From positions 96,001-160,000 of the forward strand of contig CAVPRW010000010.1 of the NCBI GenBank assembly GCA_963707985.1: a DNA stretch of 64,000 nucleotides, in the 5' to 3' direction. Below are positions 49,178-59,388 of this stretch, piece by piece. Each line of letters starts with the position of its first letter. Position 1 is the first letter of the stretch. Position numbers and translations under genes: made by a program. Below the pieces are notes generated by a model, which saw only the letters and a program-made list of their open reading frames with translations, was not told the origin of the DNA and made no database searches. The stretch is from an uncultured Nitrospinota bacterium (lineage in GTDB: Bacteria; Tectomicrobia; Entotheonellia; J063; CAVPRW01).

Positions 49178-50016
49178 ATGGCCACAATCCCCGGGACACC
49201 GTCACGAAGCGCGCCAGGAGCGTCTGCCGCAAATCTTCATGTGGAGTGTGCTCGCTGTGGTCCTCGCTGGGGTTGTCAGTCTTGGCGTTTGGTCCCTGGT
49301 GTGGGAAGAACGCTAGCAAGCAGTCATCGACGGCGCCCTTCCCAGCATATTTGCCAGTCTATGGAACGGTCCCCGACTTTGCGCTCACCGATCAGAGTGG
49401 ACGACCGGTGCAGAGAGGGAACCTTGACGGGAAGGTCTGGATCGCCAGTTTTATCTTTACCAACTGCCCCGATGAATGTCCGCTGATGACGTCTGATCTG
49501 GCTCGCTTGCAGTCAGACATGGCACACATGGCAGATTTTCGCCTCGTGTCCATCAGCGTCGATCCGGAGCGTGATACTCCAGTGGTGTTGTCCCAGTATG
49601 CCGAGCGATTCAATGCTAATCCGGAGCGCTGGTTTTTTCTCACCGGTGACAAGCAAGCTATCTATCGCCTTGCTAAAGAGGGCTTCCGATTAGGCATCGT
49701 CGACCCTGCTGAGTCCGCTCACCCCTCTCCGGTCAAAGGCAATTCCCCCGGTGGCTTCAGAGGTTCGGCGGACCGACCGGCACCGAGTAGCGTCTGGTGG
49801 ACCGCCGGTTGGCTGCAGCCCCTCCGAGGCCGGTTGCCCTTTTTAGAACCCGCTCCAGCCTTTGCCGATCACGGGCGGGCGAAGGATACCCTGCACTCAA
49901 CGCGTTTTGTCCTTGTCGATCGCCTGGCCCAGATACGAGGATACTATGAGAGTCGAGAACAAACTGCTCTAGAGCGTCTCCGACAGCATCTCCAGATGCT
50001 GTTCCAGAACGGTTGA
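49178..50016 (+). CDS. SCO1/SenC copper chaperone (+1 frameshifts near 49218 and 49303)
   Basis: DFALTDQ; FIFTNCPDECP; SVDPERDT; HSTRFVLVD; TM anchor RLPQIFMWSVLAVVLAGVVSLGVWSLVW lies in an adjacent frame. Confidence 0.88.
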
Positions 50017-50453
50017 ACAACATGTTCTCCGTGACTGATCTCCCGGCTTTGAACGCAACCCTCAACGCCACCAGCGCCATTCTGCTAGCCGCTGGATATC
50101 GTTTCATCCGGCGACGCCAAATCTCTGCACACAAACGTTGCATGCTCGCCGCCTGTACGACGTCGGCGCTGTTCCTCGTCTCCTATCTTACCTATCATTA
50201 CTACGTGGGCTCGATGCCCTTTCGCGGACAAGGCTGGGTGCGACCGCTCTACTTTACGATCTTGATCTCCCATACCATCCTGGCGGCCACGATTGTGCCA
50301 CTGGCCATCGTGACCCTCTTCCGCGCCTGGAAAGCCGATTTTCGCAAGCATGCCCGTCTGGCCCGATGGACGTTACCCATTTGGCTATACGTCTCGGTGA
50401 CGGGCGTGATCGTCTATGTCATGCTCTACCAGCTCTTTCCACGGAGCAGTTAA
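50013..50453 (+). CDS. DUF420 family membrane protein (oxidase-associated)
   Basis: LPALNATLN; HKRCM; LISHTILA; WLYVSVTGVIVY. Confidence 0.9.
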   Translation: MNNMFSVTDLPALNATLNATSAILLAAGYRFIRRRQISAHKRCMLAACTTSALFLVSYLTYHYYVGSMPFRGQGWVRPLYFTILISHTILAATIVPLAIVTLFRAWKADFRKHARLARWTLPIWLYVSVTGVIVYVMLYQLFPRSS

Positions 50454-50555
50454 GCATGATGCACCCCAGCGAAGGCCACGGACCGAGGAACCTGCCTCGA
50501 TAACGTGAGGCTAGAGGGTCGGGGGTTTGAGGTGGTAGCCAGCTAAGAATAGTAT

Positions 50556-50589
50556 GAAGCCGCCGGAAGCGAAAGGCTCAGGCGGCTTC
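50556..50589. terminator. Hairpin between convergent genes, possible terminator
   Basis: GAAGCCGCC..GGCGGCTTC stem; no clear U-tract. Confidence 0.4.
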
Positions 50590-50603
50590 CTTCATAGAAC
50601 AGC

Positions 50604-50957
50604 TTAGGTTTTGTTGTTGGCGAGCTGTTGGGCACACATACGTGCAACCGCCGAATTAGGGTCTTTACTGCCAATCGCGGTAGCCCACCCACCTTTTTCA
50701 ATCAATTGACTTTGCTGCCACGCAGCGGTTCGCTGGAATTCCGCGAGCTTCGCAGTTGAATCGGCCTGCCCCATGAATCGCTCCACGCAGATAGGGACAA
50801 GGACGGCAGTCACCGCTCCGTCAGCACGTTCTTTAGCCATTTTCTCGGCGGTGCCGCCAAGAACCCATCCCCACCAGGCAAAGCCGATAATCATGATCCC
50901 TATGGTGCCGACGACGACACCCCAGAATGCTGGTTTAAGCCATTGAGGTACGTGCAT
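50604..50957 (-). CDS. Hypothetical membrane-anchored protein
   Basis: WLKPAFWG..GFAWWGWV..PICVERF..GGWAT..ARMC; AAGGAG RBS. Confidence 0.75.
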   Translation of the reverse strand: MHVPQWLKPAFWGVVVGTIGIMIIGFAWWGWVLGGTAEKMAKERADGAVTAVLVPICVERFMGQADSTAKLAEFQRTAAWQQSQLIEKGGWATAIGSKDPNSAVARMCAQQLANNKT

Positions 50958-51722
50958 GAGACATCTCCTTGTCCGGTGTTTCAGGCCACGGATATAGCCG
51001 GCGGTGTGTCTTTGGAAGCAGCCCGCCTGCTCGTTACACGACAGAGCCGAAGGAACCTCAAGAAGCAAGCATGACGGTAGTCTTCACGGTGCGGGGCCCT
51101 TTGGGACCAGCCTTCGGCTCGATCTCGACCCCTATGCCCGCTTTCAGGGTGGCAAAGCTCTCACGCGGCCAAGCTTGGGTGCACCGCAGCCGCAAGCTGA
51201 TCGAGCTCAGTATGCTGACTTTTCCGCGCCTCTAGGCTCAGGGTTATGAGGGGATCATCCTGACGTTCTTGTCTCCGCTGGCGTCCTCCCCGATCGATTT
51301 CTAGACCACTCATCTTGTACATCCCTGCTATCCGTTCTCGCATATCCATCTGATCCTGCAATATAGAGCAGTCTTTCCAATATTTCAATATATATTTATT
51401 GATTGAGCTAAGGTGCTCAAGAGGGGTTGCTTCCGGATCTGCAACGCCGGAAGGCTCTTCCAACAGCATGCGCTCGACTGGCATGGCTACCAACTCTTCG
51501 GTCCTATCTGACAGCACATCACCTCGTGACCAACCACGGCAGTTCCGGGAGAACTGCAAAATCTGAGGCACCTCCCCGGCAAGATTCCTTGCGCCGCTGA
51601 GACGCTGGGGTATAATAGGAGGTTCGTTGCTCGACCGGCGATGTCAGGACGGCGACGGCGCCATGTGCTCGTGACTCGCCGCCTGACGGCTATAGACATC
51701 TTGCCCAGGAAGCGAGGGGGTT

Positions 51723-52514
51723 GTGACTGAGAACCACGAGGGCCCACTCTTCGATCGGCTTGTCGAAATCATGGCGATGCTGCGCTCGCCAGCGGGCTGT
51801 CCATGGGATCGTGCCCAGGATAGCACTAGCCTCAAACCCTACCTGTTGGAAGAAGCCTATGAGGTGCTGGAAGCCATTGAGGAAGGCACGCCCCACAAAC
51901 TCAAGGATGAACTGGGAGACCTGCTCTTTCAGGTGATCTTCCACGCCCAACTCGCCAGGGAGCGCGGGGATTTCGATATCGACGACGTCTTAGCCGGCAC
52001 CATCGCCAAGATGACACGCCGCCACCCACACGTCTTCGGCTCGGCCGCCGCGTCGACACCCAAGGAAGCGCTGCAGAATTGGGAGGAGATCAAGCGCGAG
52101 GAAAAATCGGCGGAGCAAGGGACTTCCGTGCTCGACGGTGTGCCTCGCCAATTGCCATCCCTGATACGCGCCCAGCGTTTGCAAGATAAGGCTGCTCGAG
52201 TAGGCTTCGACTGGCCAGAGATCGAGCAGGTGTGGCGAAAATTGTCGGAGGAACTGCAGGAACTGCGCGTGGCCATGGACAGGAACAATCGCGTTGAGGT
52301 CGAAGGGGAACTGGGCGACGTGTTCTTTGTGCTGGTCAACCTGGCGCGCTGGCTGGAGATCAACCCGGATGAAGCACTCCATCATACTTCCCAGAAGTTT
52401 ATCAGACGTTTCCAGTTTATCGAGCGTGAGCTGAGCCGGCAGGGGAAAACGCCGAAGCAGTCCACTCTGGCAGAGATGGATGCTTTGTGGGAGCAGGCCA
52501 AGCGGCAGGAGTGA
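51723..52514 (+). CDS. mazG: Nucleoside triphosphate pyrophosphohydrolase
   Basis: GCPWD; EEAYE; ELGDLL; RRHPHVF; GFDW; KFIRRF. TATAAT at 51611 upstream. Confidence 0.95.
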   Translation: MTENHEGPLFDRLVEIMAMLRSPAGCPWDRAQDSTSLKPYLLEEAYEVLEAIEEGTPHKLKDELGDLLFQVIFHAQLARERGDFDIDDVLAGTIAKMTRRHPHVFGSAAASTPKEALQNWEEIKREEKSAEQGTSVLDGVPRQLPSLIRAQRLQDKAARVGFDWPEIEQVWRKLSEELQELRVAMDRNNRVEVEGELGDVFFVLVNLARWLEINPDEALHHTSQKFIRRFQFIERELSRQGKTPKQSTLAEMDALWEQAKRQE

Positions 52515-52520
52515 GGCGCA

Positions 52521-52994
52521 TTGACGACGAATGGACGGCCTGAGACGACGCTGGGATTTCCACCAAGAGCTATTATCATCGCTGTCGGCGCAGTGATCCT
52601 CGACGCCGCCGAGCAGGTGCTCCTGGTCAAGCACGTGCCGGAGCGGAAAAGTTTCTGGCAAGGGAAGTGGATCTGCCCCGGAGGGCGGCTCCAGGTAGGG
52701 GAAGCAATCGAGGCAGGCATCCGCCGCGAGGTTTGGGAGGAGACACGCCTAGACATTCGCCTGAGGCGCCCGCTAGTGCCGTTCGAGCGCATCATCCATG
52801 GCGAGGATGGCGTCAGGCTGCACGTGATCTATATCGATTATCTGGCCGAAAAGGTCGGCGGGACATTACAACCAGGTGATGACGTGGGAGAAGCCGTTTG
52901 GATCCCACGTCTGCAGCTTGTGGCCCTGGGGGAGGTGTTACACGAGGACACCCGGCGACTGCTCGAAATCGCTCAAGTGATGAGTACCACATAG
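52521..52994 (+). CDS. NUDIX hydrolase
   Basis: PGGRLQVGEAIEAGIRREVWEETRL Nudix box. Confidence 0.9.
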   Translation: MTTNGRPETTLGFPPRAIIIAVGAVILDAAEQVLLVKHVPERKSFWQGKWICPGGRLQVGEAIEAGIRREVWEETRLDIRLRRPLVPFERIIHGEDGVRLHVIYIDYLAEKVGGTLQPGDDVGEAVWIPRLQLVALGEVLHEDTRRLLEIAQVMSTT

Positions 52995-53001
52995 GGAGAG
53001 C

Positions 53002-53287
53002 ATGGAACCGCACTATTGGTTATATCTCGGCTTCGCCGGCCAGCTGCTCTTCGGATTACGCTTCATCGTGCAGTGGGTGGCATCGGAACGCAAAGGCGAA
53101 AGCATCATCCCCGTATACTTCTGGTATCTCAGTCTCATCGGCAGTCTGATCCTGCTTGCCTATGCCATCTTTCGGCGCGACCCAGTATTCATCTTGGGAC
53201 AATCCACCGGCTTTATCGTCTATACGCGTAACCTTATGCTGATCTACCGCAAACGTACCAAATCTCAGAACCTTTGCACCCTCATAG
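53002..53287 (+). CDS. Lipid A biosynthesis N-terminal domain (LAB_N) membrane protein (end inferred after removing one T)
   Basis: GQLLFGLRFIVQW.ASERKGES..P..FWYLS..DPVFILGQ..YTRNL. Confidence 0.82.
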
Positions 53288-53309
53288 AGACGACGGCAAG
53301 GATGCGTTG

Positions 53310-53922
53310 TCACCGCTCCGAGGACGAGCGGCGAAGGGCTCCCCCATTTCCCGCTGAAGACGAACTGGCTCAGCGGCTTCCGTTGTCTGGGCATGCGCTC
53401 GCGTTCCCTTAGAGATTCCGGCAGGTTTGTCGGGTCTCCCCTATAGCCAATGGCAATGGCCGTCCACGCCTCGAAACCTTCAGGTATGGCAAATATCTCA
53501 CGTGCCTTATCAGGGAGAATGCCGAGCATCTGATGCACAAAAAGCCCCCGCGCCGTGGCCTCCACCAACAGATTACCGGCAGCAAGACCAAGGTCATGCA
53601 CAGCGGCACGATTGACTTGGCCGTTGCGCGCAAATGTCAGGCTCGCGATGCCTAAAGCTAGCACAGGTGCGGCCTTTGCCCAGGCTTGATTGAACTCGAT
53701 AAGGCAGGACAGGACTTGTTGAAACTCCTCAGGCTGCTCTTTCGTCGCCATCACGTAGGTCCATGGTTGCTCGTTGAATGAAGATGCCGCCCAGCGTGCC
53801 GCCTCAAACAACGAGCGGAGATCGTCCGCGGAAACCGACCGGTCTTGGAAGGCATAGGGACTCCAACGTGTGGCGAGGAGCTCATGGATCGGGTAGTCGG
53901 TTGATGCTCTCTTCTCAGACAT
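53310..53922 (-). CDS. Nitroreductase family protein (end inferred after removing one G)
   Basis: RWSPYAF; EAARWAASSFNEQPW; HDLGLAA; HQM; RQRKPL. Confidence 0.9.
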
Positions 53923-54060
53923 GCCCCTTCCTCTCTGGGAGTGGAGTATAGTACAGTCAGCTACGCCTCGAACCCCGCACAGTCCGGACGGCGAACCATC
54001 AGATGGAGTGGCGCCGCACAGGGCGGGCTTGGAGCGGGTGAGATGCCGGCAAGTCGAATA

Positions 54061-55401
54061 TCATAAACGCAGGTCCTCTTTGATTCTTCGCGCTGCCTCA
54101 TCGGCCGCCTGCACAATGGAAGTTGGATCAATACCTAGCACTCTGCCGCCGGCTTTGAGGGGCTGTCCGTCGACGAAGACCCAGTCGACATTCGCTGGCT
54201 GGCCATTGAAGACGAGCTGATTGACCCAGTTAAGTCGCGGCGCAAAATTGGCCCTCCCCGGGTCGAGGATCAGCACATCGGCCTGCTTCCCCGGCGTCAG
54301 TGAGCCAATGTGCGACCCCATGTCCAGTACCTCAGCGCCACCTATCGTCGCCATACGAAGCACGTCGGACACTGTTGGGAAGACGCTCGCCTGCAGCGAC
54401 GTGGCCCGCTGCAATCCCACGGCCACCCGCATCGTATTAAACATATCGCTCGTGTCGTTGGTCCCCCCATCCAGCCCGAGCCCCACCTTCACTCCAGCCT
54501 GGTGCAGCGCCGGTAGCCGAATGATGCCCGAGGCCAGACGCATGTTGCTGAGCGGATTATGCGCCACACGCACGTCCTTCTGGCCCATCAGGGTAATTTC
54601 TTCATCGAGCAAGTGAATGGCATGAGCGCCCAGCAAGTCGGGCCCTATGGCATTTGTGAGCGCGAGTCCTTTGATGGCGTCATCCTGACGCTGCGCGATG
54701 TTCTCCAGCAGATGGACGTGGAGTTTGACTCCTAGCTCGTTGGCGAGGCTCGACATCGCCTGCAGATGCGGCAAAAATCGGTTTGAGGCCCCTGGATGCG
54801 AGGCGACCTGAAAGTAAGCGCGTGGATGGGGGTCGATAAGCTCCCTCTTAACCTGCCTGATGTCTTCAAGGACGGCGGGATCGGCGGTGCCGCGATAGGC
54901 AAAGACAAATCGTAACCCCGATTCCTGGAGGGCGCGAATGTTCCCCCGCACAAAGGCTGGGGAAAAGCCATGGGACCAATCGACGACCGTCGTTACCCCG
55001 GTCGTGATCAGATCCAACGTGCTCAGGCGAACACCCGCATAGACCTCCGTGTCCGACGGGGTGATCGTTGGATTCGCCAGGGGAAAAACACAGCTTTCCA
55101 GCCAGCCGATCAAGTCATGCTCGGCTTGACAACCCCGAATCAGCGACTGCCAAAGATGGTTGTGCACATCGACGAATCCCGGCATGACAATCTTGCCGGT
55201 CGCATCGACGATTTGCCCCCCCTCTTCGCCCAGGTGTGTGCCAACTGCGGCGATCTTATCGCCGACTAAGAGCAGGTCTGCCTCCTCAATGAGGCCTAAC
55301 TCGCCTGCCCCAATGGCACGATCCATGGAGAGGAGGAGCGCGGCATTCCGAATCAGCGTGCGCGGTTGGCCGATCTGGCCTATCGAAGTCCTGGAGCTCA
55401 T
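54061..55401 (-). CDS. Amidohydrolase, TRZ/ATZ (deaminase-like) family
   Basis: PGFVDVHNH; HVHLLE; AHAIH; HNPLSN; GLGLDG; GKQAD. Confidence 0.88.
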   Translation of the reverse strand: MSSRTSIGQIGQPRTLIRNAALLLSMDRAIGAGELGLIEEADLLLVGDKIAAVGTHLGEEGGQIVDATGKIVMPGFVDVHNHLWQSLIRGCQAEHDLIGWLESCVFPLANPTITPSDTEVYAGVRLSTLDLITTGVTTVVDWSHGFSPAFVRGNIRALQESGLRFVFAYRGTADPAVLEDIRQVKRELIDPHPRAYFQVASHPGASNRFLPHLQAMSSLANELGVKLHVHLLENIAQRQDDAIKGLALTNAIGPDLLGAHAIHLLDEEITLMGQKDVRVAHNPLSNMRLASGIIRLPALHQAGVKVGLGLDGGTNDTSDMFNTMRVAVGLQRATSLQASVFPTVSDVLRMATIGGAEVLDMGSHIGSLTPGKQADVLILDPGRANFAPRLNWVNQLVFNGQPANVDWVFVDGQPLKAGGRVLGIDPTSIVQAADEAARRIKEDLRL

Positions 55402-55416
55402 AGAACCACCGCAGCG

Positions 55417-56223
55417 CTATACGCGGATCAATGTGCTCGACACTTGCCGCCCTTGACTGGTCACCAGGCGTAGCATGGGAGGATCGTCAGAGACGGTCAG
55501 ACCGTTCGGTGCCTCGACAAACTGGAAGCAGGTGGAAGGCGTGGTAAACACCGGGACACCGTCGCGTTGGCCAGCAAATGGCCGATGGACATGCCCGCAG
55601 AGCACGGCACACACATTGTCAACCTCGCGGACCACCTGCCACAGGTCTTCGGCATCGAGCAGCATGATCTGGTCTAGCACACGGACCCCCACTGGCACTA
55701 CCTGATGGTGCACGACGAGAATCGTTGGCTCTCCCGCATGCTGATGCAGCTGCTTGCGGAGCCAGGCCAACTGGGCGTGTCCAAGATACCCGCTATCCCG
55801 CTCGGGCTGCAACGAATCGAGTACACAGAGGCAATGTTGACCTGAGGTGAAGGCGTAATGATAAGGCCGATCGGTCGGCTGTGAATCTTCGCAGATCACT
55901 CGGCGGAAGGGTACCCGGCGATCATGATTGCCCATGACGTAATGCACCGGTACGTGCAGTTGGCTGACCAGACCGTGAAAGATATCATAGGAAGTCTCAT
56001 AATCTCGTACGGTGACGTCGCGCGTCTTGGCTTTGACTTCCGGCGCAACGTCCGGGCTCACCAGGTCGCCGCCGATGATCACGAAGGCTGGCTGTGGGTC
56101 CAAGCGGTTTACTGCTTCGACGACCCGCGTCAGCGTCTCAATCGTATCAACCTCACGCAGGCGCACGCCGGGTCGCACAATATGCGTATCGGAGAAGTGT
56201 ACAAAGGTCAAGCTGTCGGTCAT
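55417..56223 (-). CDS. Metallophosphoesterase, CpdA/Icc-like
   Basis: SDTH; GGDL; GNHD; HH; CGHVH. Confidence 0.88.
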   Translation of the reverse strand: MTDSLTFVHFSDTHIVRPGVRLREVDTIETLTRVVEAVNRLDPQPAFVIIGGDLVSPDVAPEVKAKTRDVTVRDYETSYDIFHGLVSQLHVPVHYVMGNHDRRVPFRRVICEDSQPTDRPYHYAFTSGQHCLCVLDSLQPERDSGYLGHAQLAWLRKQLHQHAGEPTILVVHHQVVPVGVRVLDQIMLLDAEDLWQVVREVDNVCAVLCGHVHRPFAGQRDGVPVFTTPSTCFQFVEAPNGLTVSDDPPMLRLVTSQGRQVSSTLIRV

Positions 56224-57323
56224 AGCGTTCTTCCCTTGCAGAGCACTCGCTCGATCCAGCCTCCTCCCACCACCCGATCATCGCGATACACGACCGCCGC
56301 TTGCCCTGGGGTGATTGCCCACTGCGGGGTGTCGAACGTCACACGCGCCACACCTCCATCGAGTGGGGTGACGCTGGCCACGCCACCGGCATGCTGATGG
56401 CGAATCTGCACCGTGGCGGTGAACGACTCCCCCATCGGCGGCAATAGGCACCAATTCATCCGCTCCACTAGGCAAGCGCGCTGCTCAACCTCTGCCTTTT
56501 CCCCAATGACGAGTCGATTGTTCTCGGCATCAACCTCAGCGACATACAACGGCTTCCCCGCAGCCAGCCCCAGGCCTTTGCGCTGTCCCACGGTGTAGAA
56601 GGGCAGCCCCTGGTGGCGTCCTAGCGCATGGCCAGATCGATCCACGATGGGCCCCTCAGCAAAGGTGCCAGCAGGCGCCTGCTCTCGGATGAAGCGGTGG
56701 TAGTCATGATCCTGAATGAAACAGATCTCCTGGCTTTCAGCCTTCTGGGCTACCGCCAGGCCAAAGCGCTGGGCCTGCCGACGTACATCATCCTTATGGA
56801 ATGTACCCAGCGGTAGCAGCATGCGGGCAAGCTGCTCCTGGCGCAGCTCAAAGAGAAAATACGACTGGTCCTTGCGACGGTCGATGCCACGCTGGATGGC
56901 ATAGCGCTGCGACGCTTCATCATAGATTACCGAGGCGTAGTGACCCGTCGCGACAAAGTCGGCTTCCAGTCCAAGCGCCTTTTCCAGCAGGAGATCGAAC
57001 TTCAGCCAGGTATTGCAGGCGACACAGGGATTGGGGGTTCGCCCCTTCAGGTAATCGCCGACGAAGTAGTCGATTACCCGATGGCGAAACTCCTGCTCAA
57101 AATTAAACACGTAAAAAGGGATTCCCAACGTGGCGGCGACCCGTCGGGCATCGCCCGCGTCTTGCTGCGAGCAACAGGTGCCGAATGTACGCCCGTCGGT
57201 AGGCGCGTAATTCCATACCTGCATGAAGACGCCGATCACCTCGTAGCCCTGCTCAGTGAGCAACGCTGCCGCCGTCGAACTATCCACCCCGCCACTCATG
57301 GCGAGCACCACGCGTGCGGTCAT
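56220..57323 (-). CDS. mnmA: tRNA 2-thiouridylase
   Basis: [45 protein letters not shown]. Confidence 0.97.
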   Translation of the reverse strand: MTARVVLAMSGGVDSSTAAALLTEQGYEVIGVFMQVWNYAPTDGRTFGTCCSQQDAGDARRVAATLGIPFYVFNFEQEFRHRVIDYFVGDYLKGRTPNPCVACNTWLKFDLLLEKALGLEADFVATGHYASVIYDEASQRYAIQRGIDRRKDQSYFLFELRQEQLARMLLPLGTFHKDDVRRQAQRFGLAVAQKAESQEICFIQDHDYHRFIREQAPAGTFAEGPIVDRSGHALGRHQGLPFYTVGQRKGLGLAAGKPLYVAEVDAENNRLVIGEKAEVEQRACLVERMNWCLLPPMGESFTATVQIRHQHAGGVASVTPLDGGVARVTFDTPQWAITPGQAAVVYRDDRVVGGGWIERVLCKGRTL

Positions 57324-57892
57324 ACACCACCCTCTTGGGTCTCCACCCGATAAAAGCTCAGGGCGACATCGCCGAAGCGTGCCACTCGGACACGGCATAG
57401 TCGTCCATAGCGCTCCATGAGCTGGCGCTTAAAAAAATGCTCGCCGATGACTTGCCCCCCTGCGCTCAGCAGTTGACCATCGCCGAGCTGTTGCAACGTG
57501 TCTTCCACCAGTGCAGCTCGATAAGGCGGATCGAGGAAGATCAGGTCAAACGTCTGCCCTTGCTTCTTCAGGGTGGGCAGCACGTTCAGTACGTCGTCAT
57601 ACCACACTGCTGCCTGCTCGTACAGGCCACACAGCCGAAGATTTTTCTCAATCAGACGACAGGCCGGCGCGTGTACTTCCACAAACATGGCCAGACGCGC
57701 CCCGCGACTTAGAGCCTCCAGTCCGACTGCCCCACTGCCGGCGAAGAGGTCCAGGATTGCGGCACCCTCGGTCTGCACGCCAAGGATATTGAACAACGCC
57801 TCACGTACCCGGTCCGCTGTGGGACGTAAGGCTAGCGTGTGGCTAGTGGCCAGCCGCCGGCCTTTGGCTGAGCCCGCGATGACGCGCAGCAT
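57320..57892 (-). CDS. rsmD: 16S rRNA m2G966 methyltransferase
   Basis: [30 protein letters not shown]. Confidence 0.93.
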   Translation of the reverse strand: MLRVIAGSAKGRRLATSHTLALRPTADRVREALFNILGVQTEGAAILDLFAGSGAVGLEALSRGARLAMFVEVHAPACRLIEKNLRLCGLYEQAAVWYDDVLNVLPTLKKQGQTFDLIFLDPPYRAALVEDTLQQLGDGQLLSAGGQVIGEHFFKRQLMERYGRLCRVRVARFGDVALSFYRVETQEGGV

Positions 57893-58813
57893 CTACGGCG
57901 TCTCCGGCAGGTCCGCGAAGTTCACCAACCCTTTAAAGGCCCGGAAGCGATCCCGGATTTCGGGATACGTCAGGGCCTGTAACCGCTCCAGGCTGAACGA
58001 TTCGACGTTGAAGGAGGCCATCGTGCTGCCCATGACGATCGCCTGTCGCATGGCCTCCTCAGACACATCATCCACGTTCGCTAGATAACCCATAAAGCCA
58101 CCCGCAAACGAATCGCCCGCGCCAGTGGGATCATACACCGTCTCTAACGGATAGGCCGGGGCAAAGAACATGCTCGACCCATTGAACATCAGCGCCCCAT
58201 ACTCGCCACGTTTGATGATGAGCGCTTTCGGCCCCATGCGCAAGATTGCACCGGCGGCTTTCACGATATTGGGCTCCTGGGCCAACTGACGTGCCTCGCT
58301 CTCGTTGATTGTGAGCAGATCGACACGCTCTAGCACGGCCCTGAGCGCGTCCAGCTTACCCTGGATCCAGAAATTCATGGTGTCACAGGCGACAAACTTT
58401 GGGCGCTCAACCTGGTTGAGGACGTCGAGTTGCAACTCCGGATCGATGTTGGCGAGGAAGACATACGGGCTGTCCTGATATGCTGCCGGTAGTTTAGGTC
58501 GAAACTGTTCGAAGACATTGAGCTGTGTGTCGAGGGTGATCGCCTCATTCAGGTCATAGGTGTACTCGCCAGCCCATCGAAATGTCCGACCCGGCACACG
58601 TTCGAGTCCGTCGATGTTGATTTCCCGGGCGCGGAAGAGCGCCAACGCCTCGGACGGAAAGTCCTCGCCGATGACCCCCACCAATGACACATCTGTAAAG
58701 AAGCTTGCGGCCGTGGAGAAATAACTGGCAGACCCACCCAAGACATTCTCAACTGCCCCGAAGGGCGTTTTGACCGAATCAAGCGCCACCGAGCCTACGA
58801 CAAGAACTCCCAC
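57893..58813 (-). CDS. PfkB-family carbohydrate/nucleoside kinase
   Basis: VVGSVALD; LGGSASYF; DPTGAGDSFAGG. Confidence 0.9.
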   Translation of the reverse strand: MGVLVVGSVALDSVKTPFGAVENVLGGSASYFSTAASFFTDVSLVGVIGEDFPSEALALFRAREINIDGLERVPGRTFRWAGEYTYDLNEAITLDTQLNVFEQFRPKLPAAYQDSPYVFLANIDPELQLDVLNQVERPKFVACDTMNFWIQGKLDALRAVLERVDLLTINESEARQLAQEPNIVKAAGAILRMGPKALIIKRGEYGALMFNGSSMFFAPAYPLETVYDPTGAGDSFAGGFMGYLANVDDVSEEAMRQAIVMGSTMASFNVESFSLERLQALTYPEIRDRFRAFKGLVNFADLPETP

Positions 58814-58938
58814 CTGTCCCCCCTCATACACCCCAGTGTCATGTTGCGCGCCGCGGGCGCTTGGCTTGTCCCTGCCTGCATGTCACAGAAGTCGTGTGGT
58901 ACTTCACACTGCAGCGAACCCTCCACCCTGGTTCCTCA

Positions 58939-58967
58939 AGTATAGAAGTAGGCTGCTAAGCCGTCAA
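58939..58967 (-). promoter_or_regulatory. Sigma70 promoter of the pfkB-rsmD-mnmA operon
   Basis: TTGACG-17 bp-TATACT on the minus strand. Confidence 0.65.
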
Positions 58968-59388
58968 GCCACTTGGAAATACGCTCCGAGATTCCAACCT
59001 CAGCCAAAGCCTTGCTCTGCAGGCCACTCTCCGCAATAGCTGAGCCACAGATGGCAGAGGGAGGTGGCCCGCCGCGACGAGAGGCGCGTGGCGCGGCGCC
59101 TGTACCGCTAGCAGGTCTTCGAAGGAAGCGAAAAGGTTCTGTTGCAAGAATGACTGGTGTCTGCTACAAAGAGCTAGACGACGTGGACCACAACTCATCG
59201 CAAAGGTCAGATCAGGGGGATGGCCAAGAGGGTGTCCTCGCACAGAATCGTGTCATCAACCAGTTGTTCGGGTTGGTAGCATCGCGAGAGCTCGCCAGCC
59301 TCTCCTCACCCTCCAAGCAGTTTTTGCAACACAACCGCTAGGCGTGATAGAACCTCAGAAGTTCAAGCTTGAAAAGGAGGAACAGACG

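Noticed and set aside
51161..51571. 136-aa minus-strand ORF
   Set aside because: No recognisable motif or RBS; spans an AT-rich intergenic patch.
53056..53412. Long antisense overlap between LAB_N and nitroreductase genes
   Set aside because: Deleting one base in each gene gives normal stops at 53287 and 53310 and removes the overlap.
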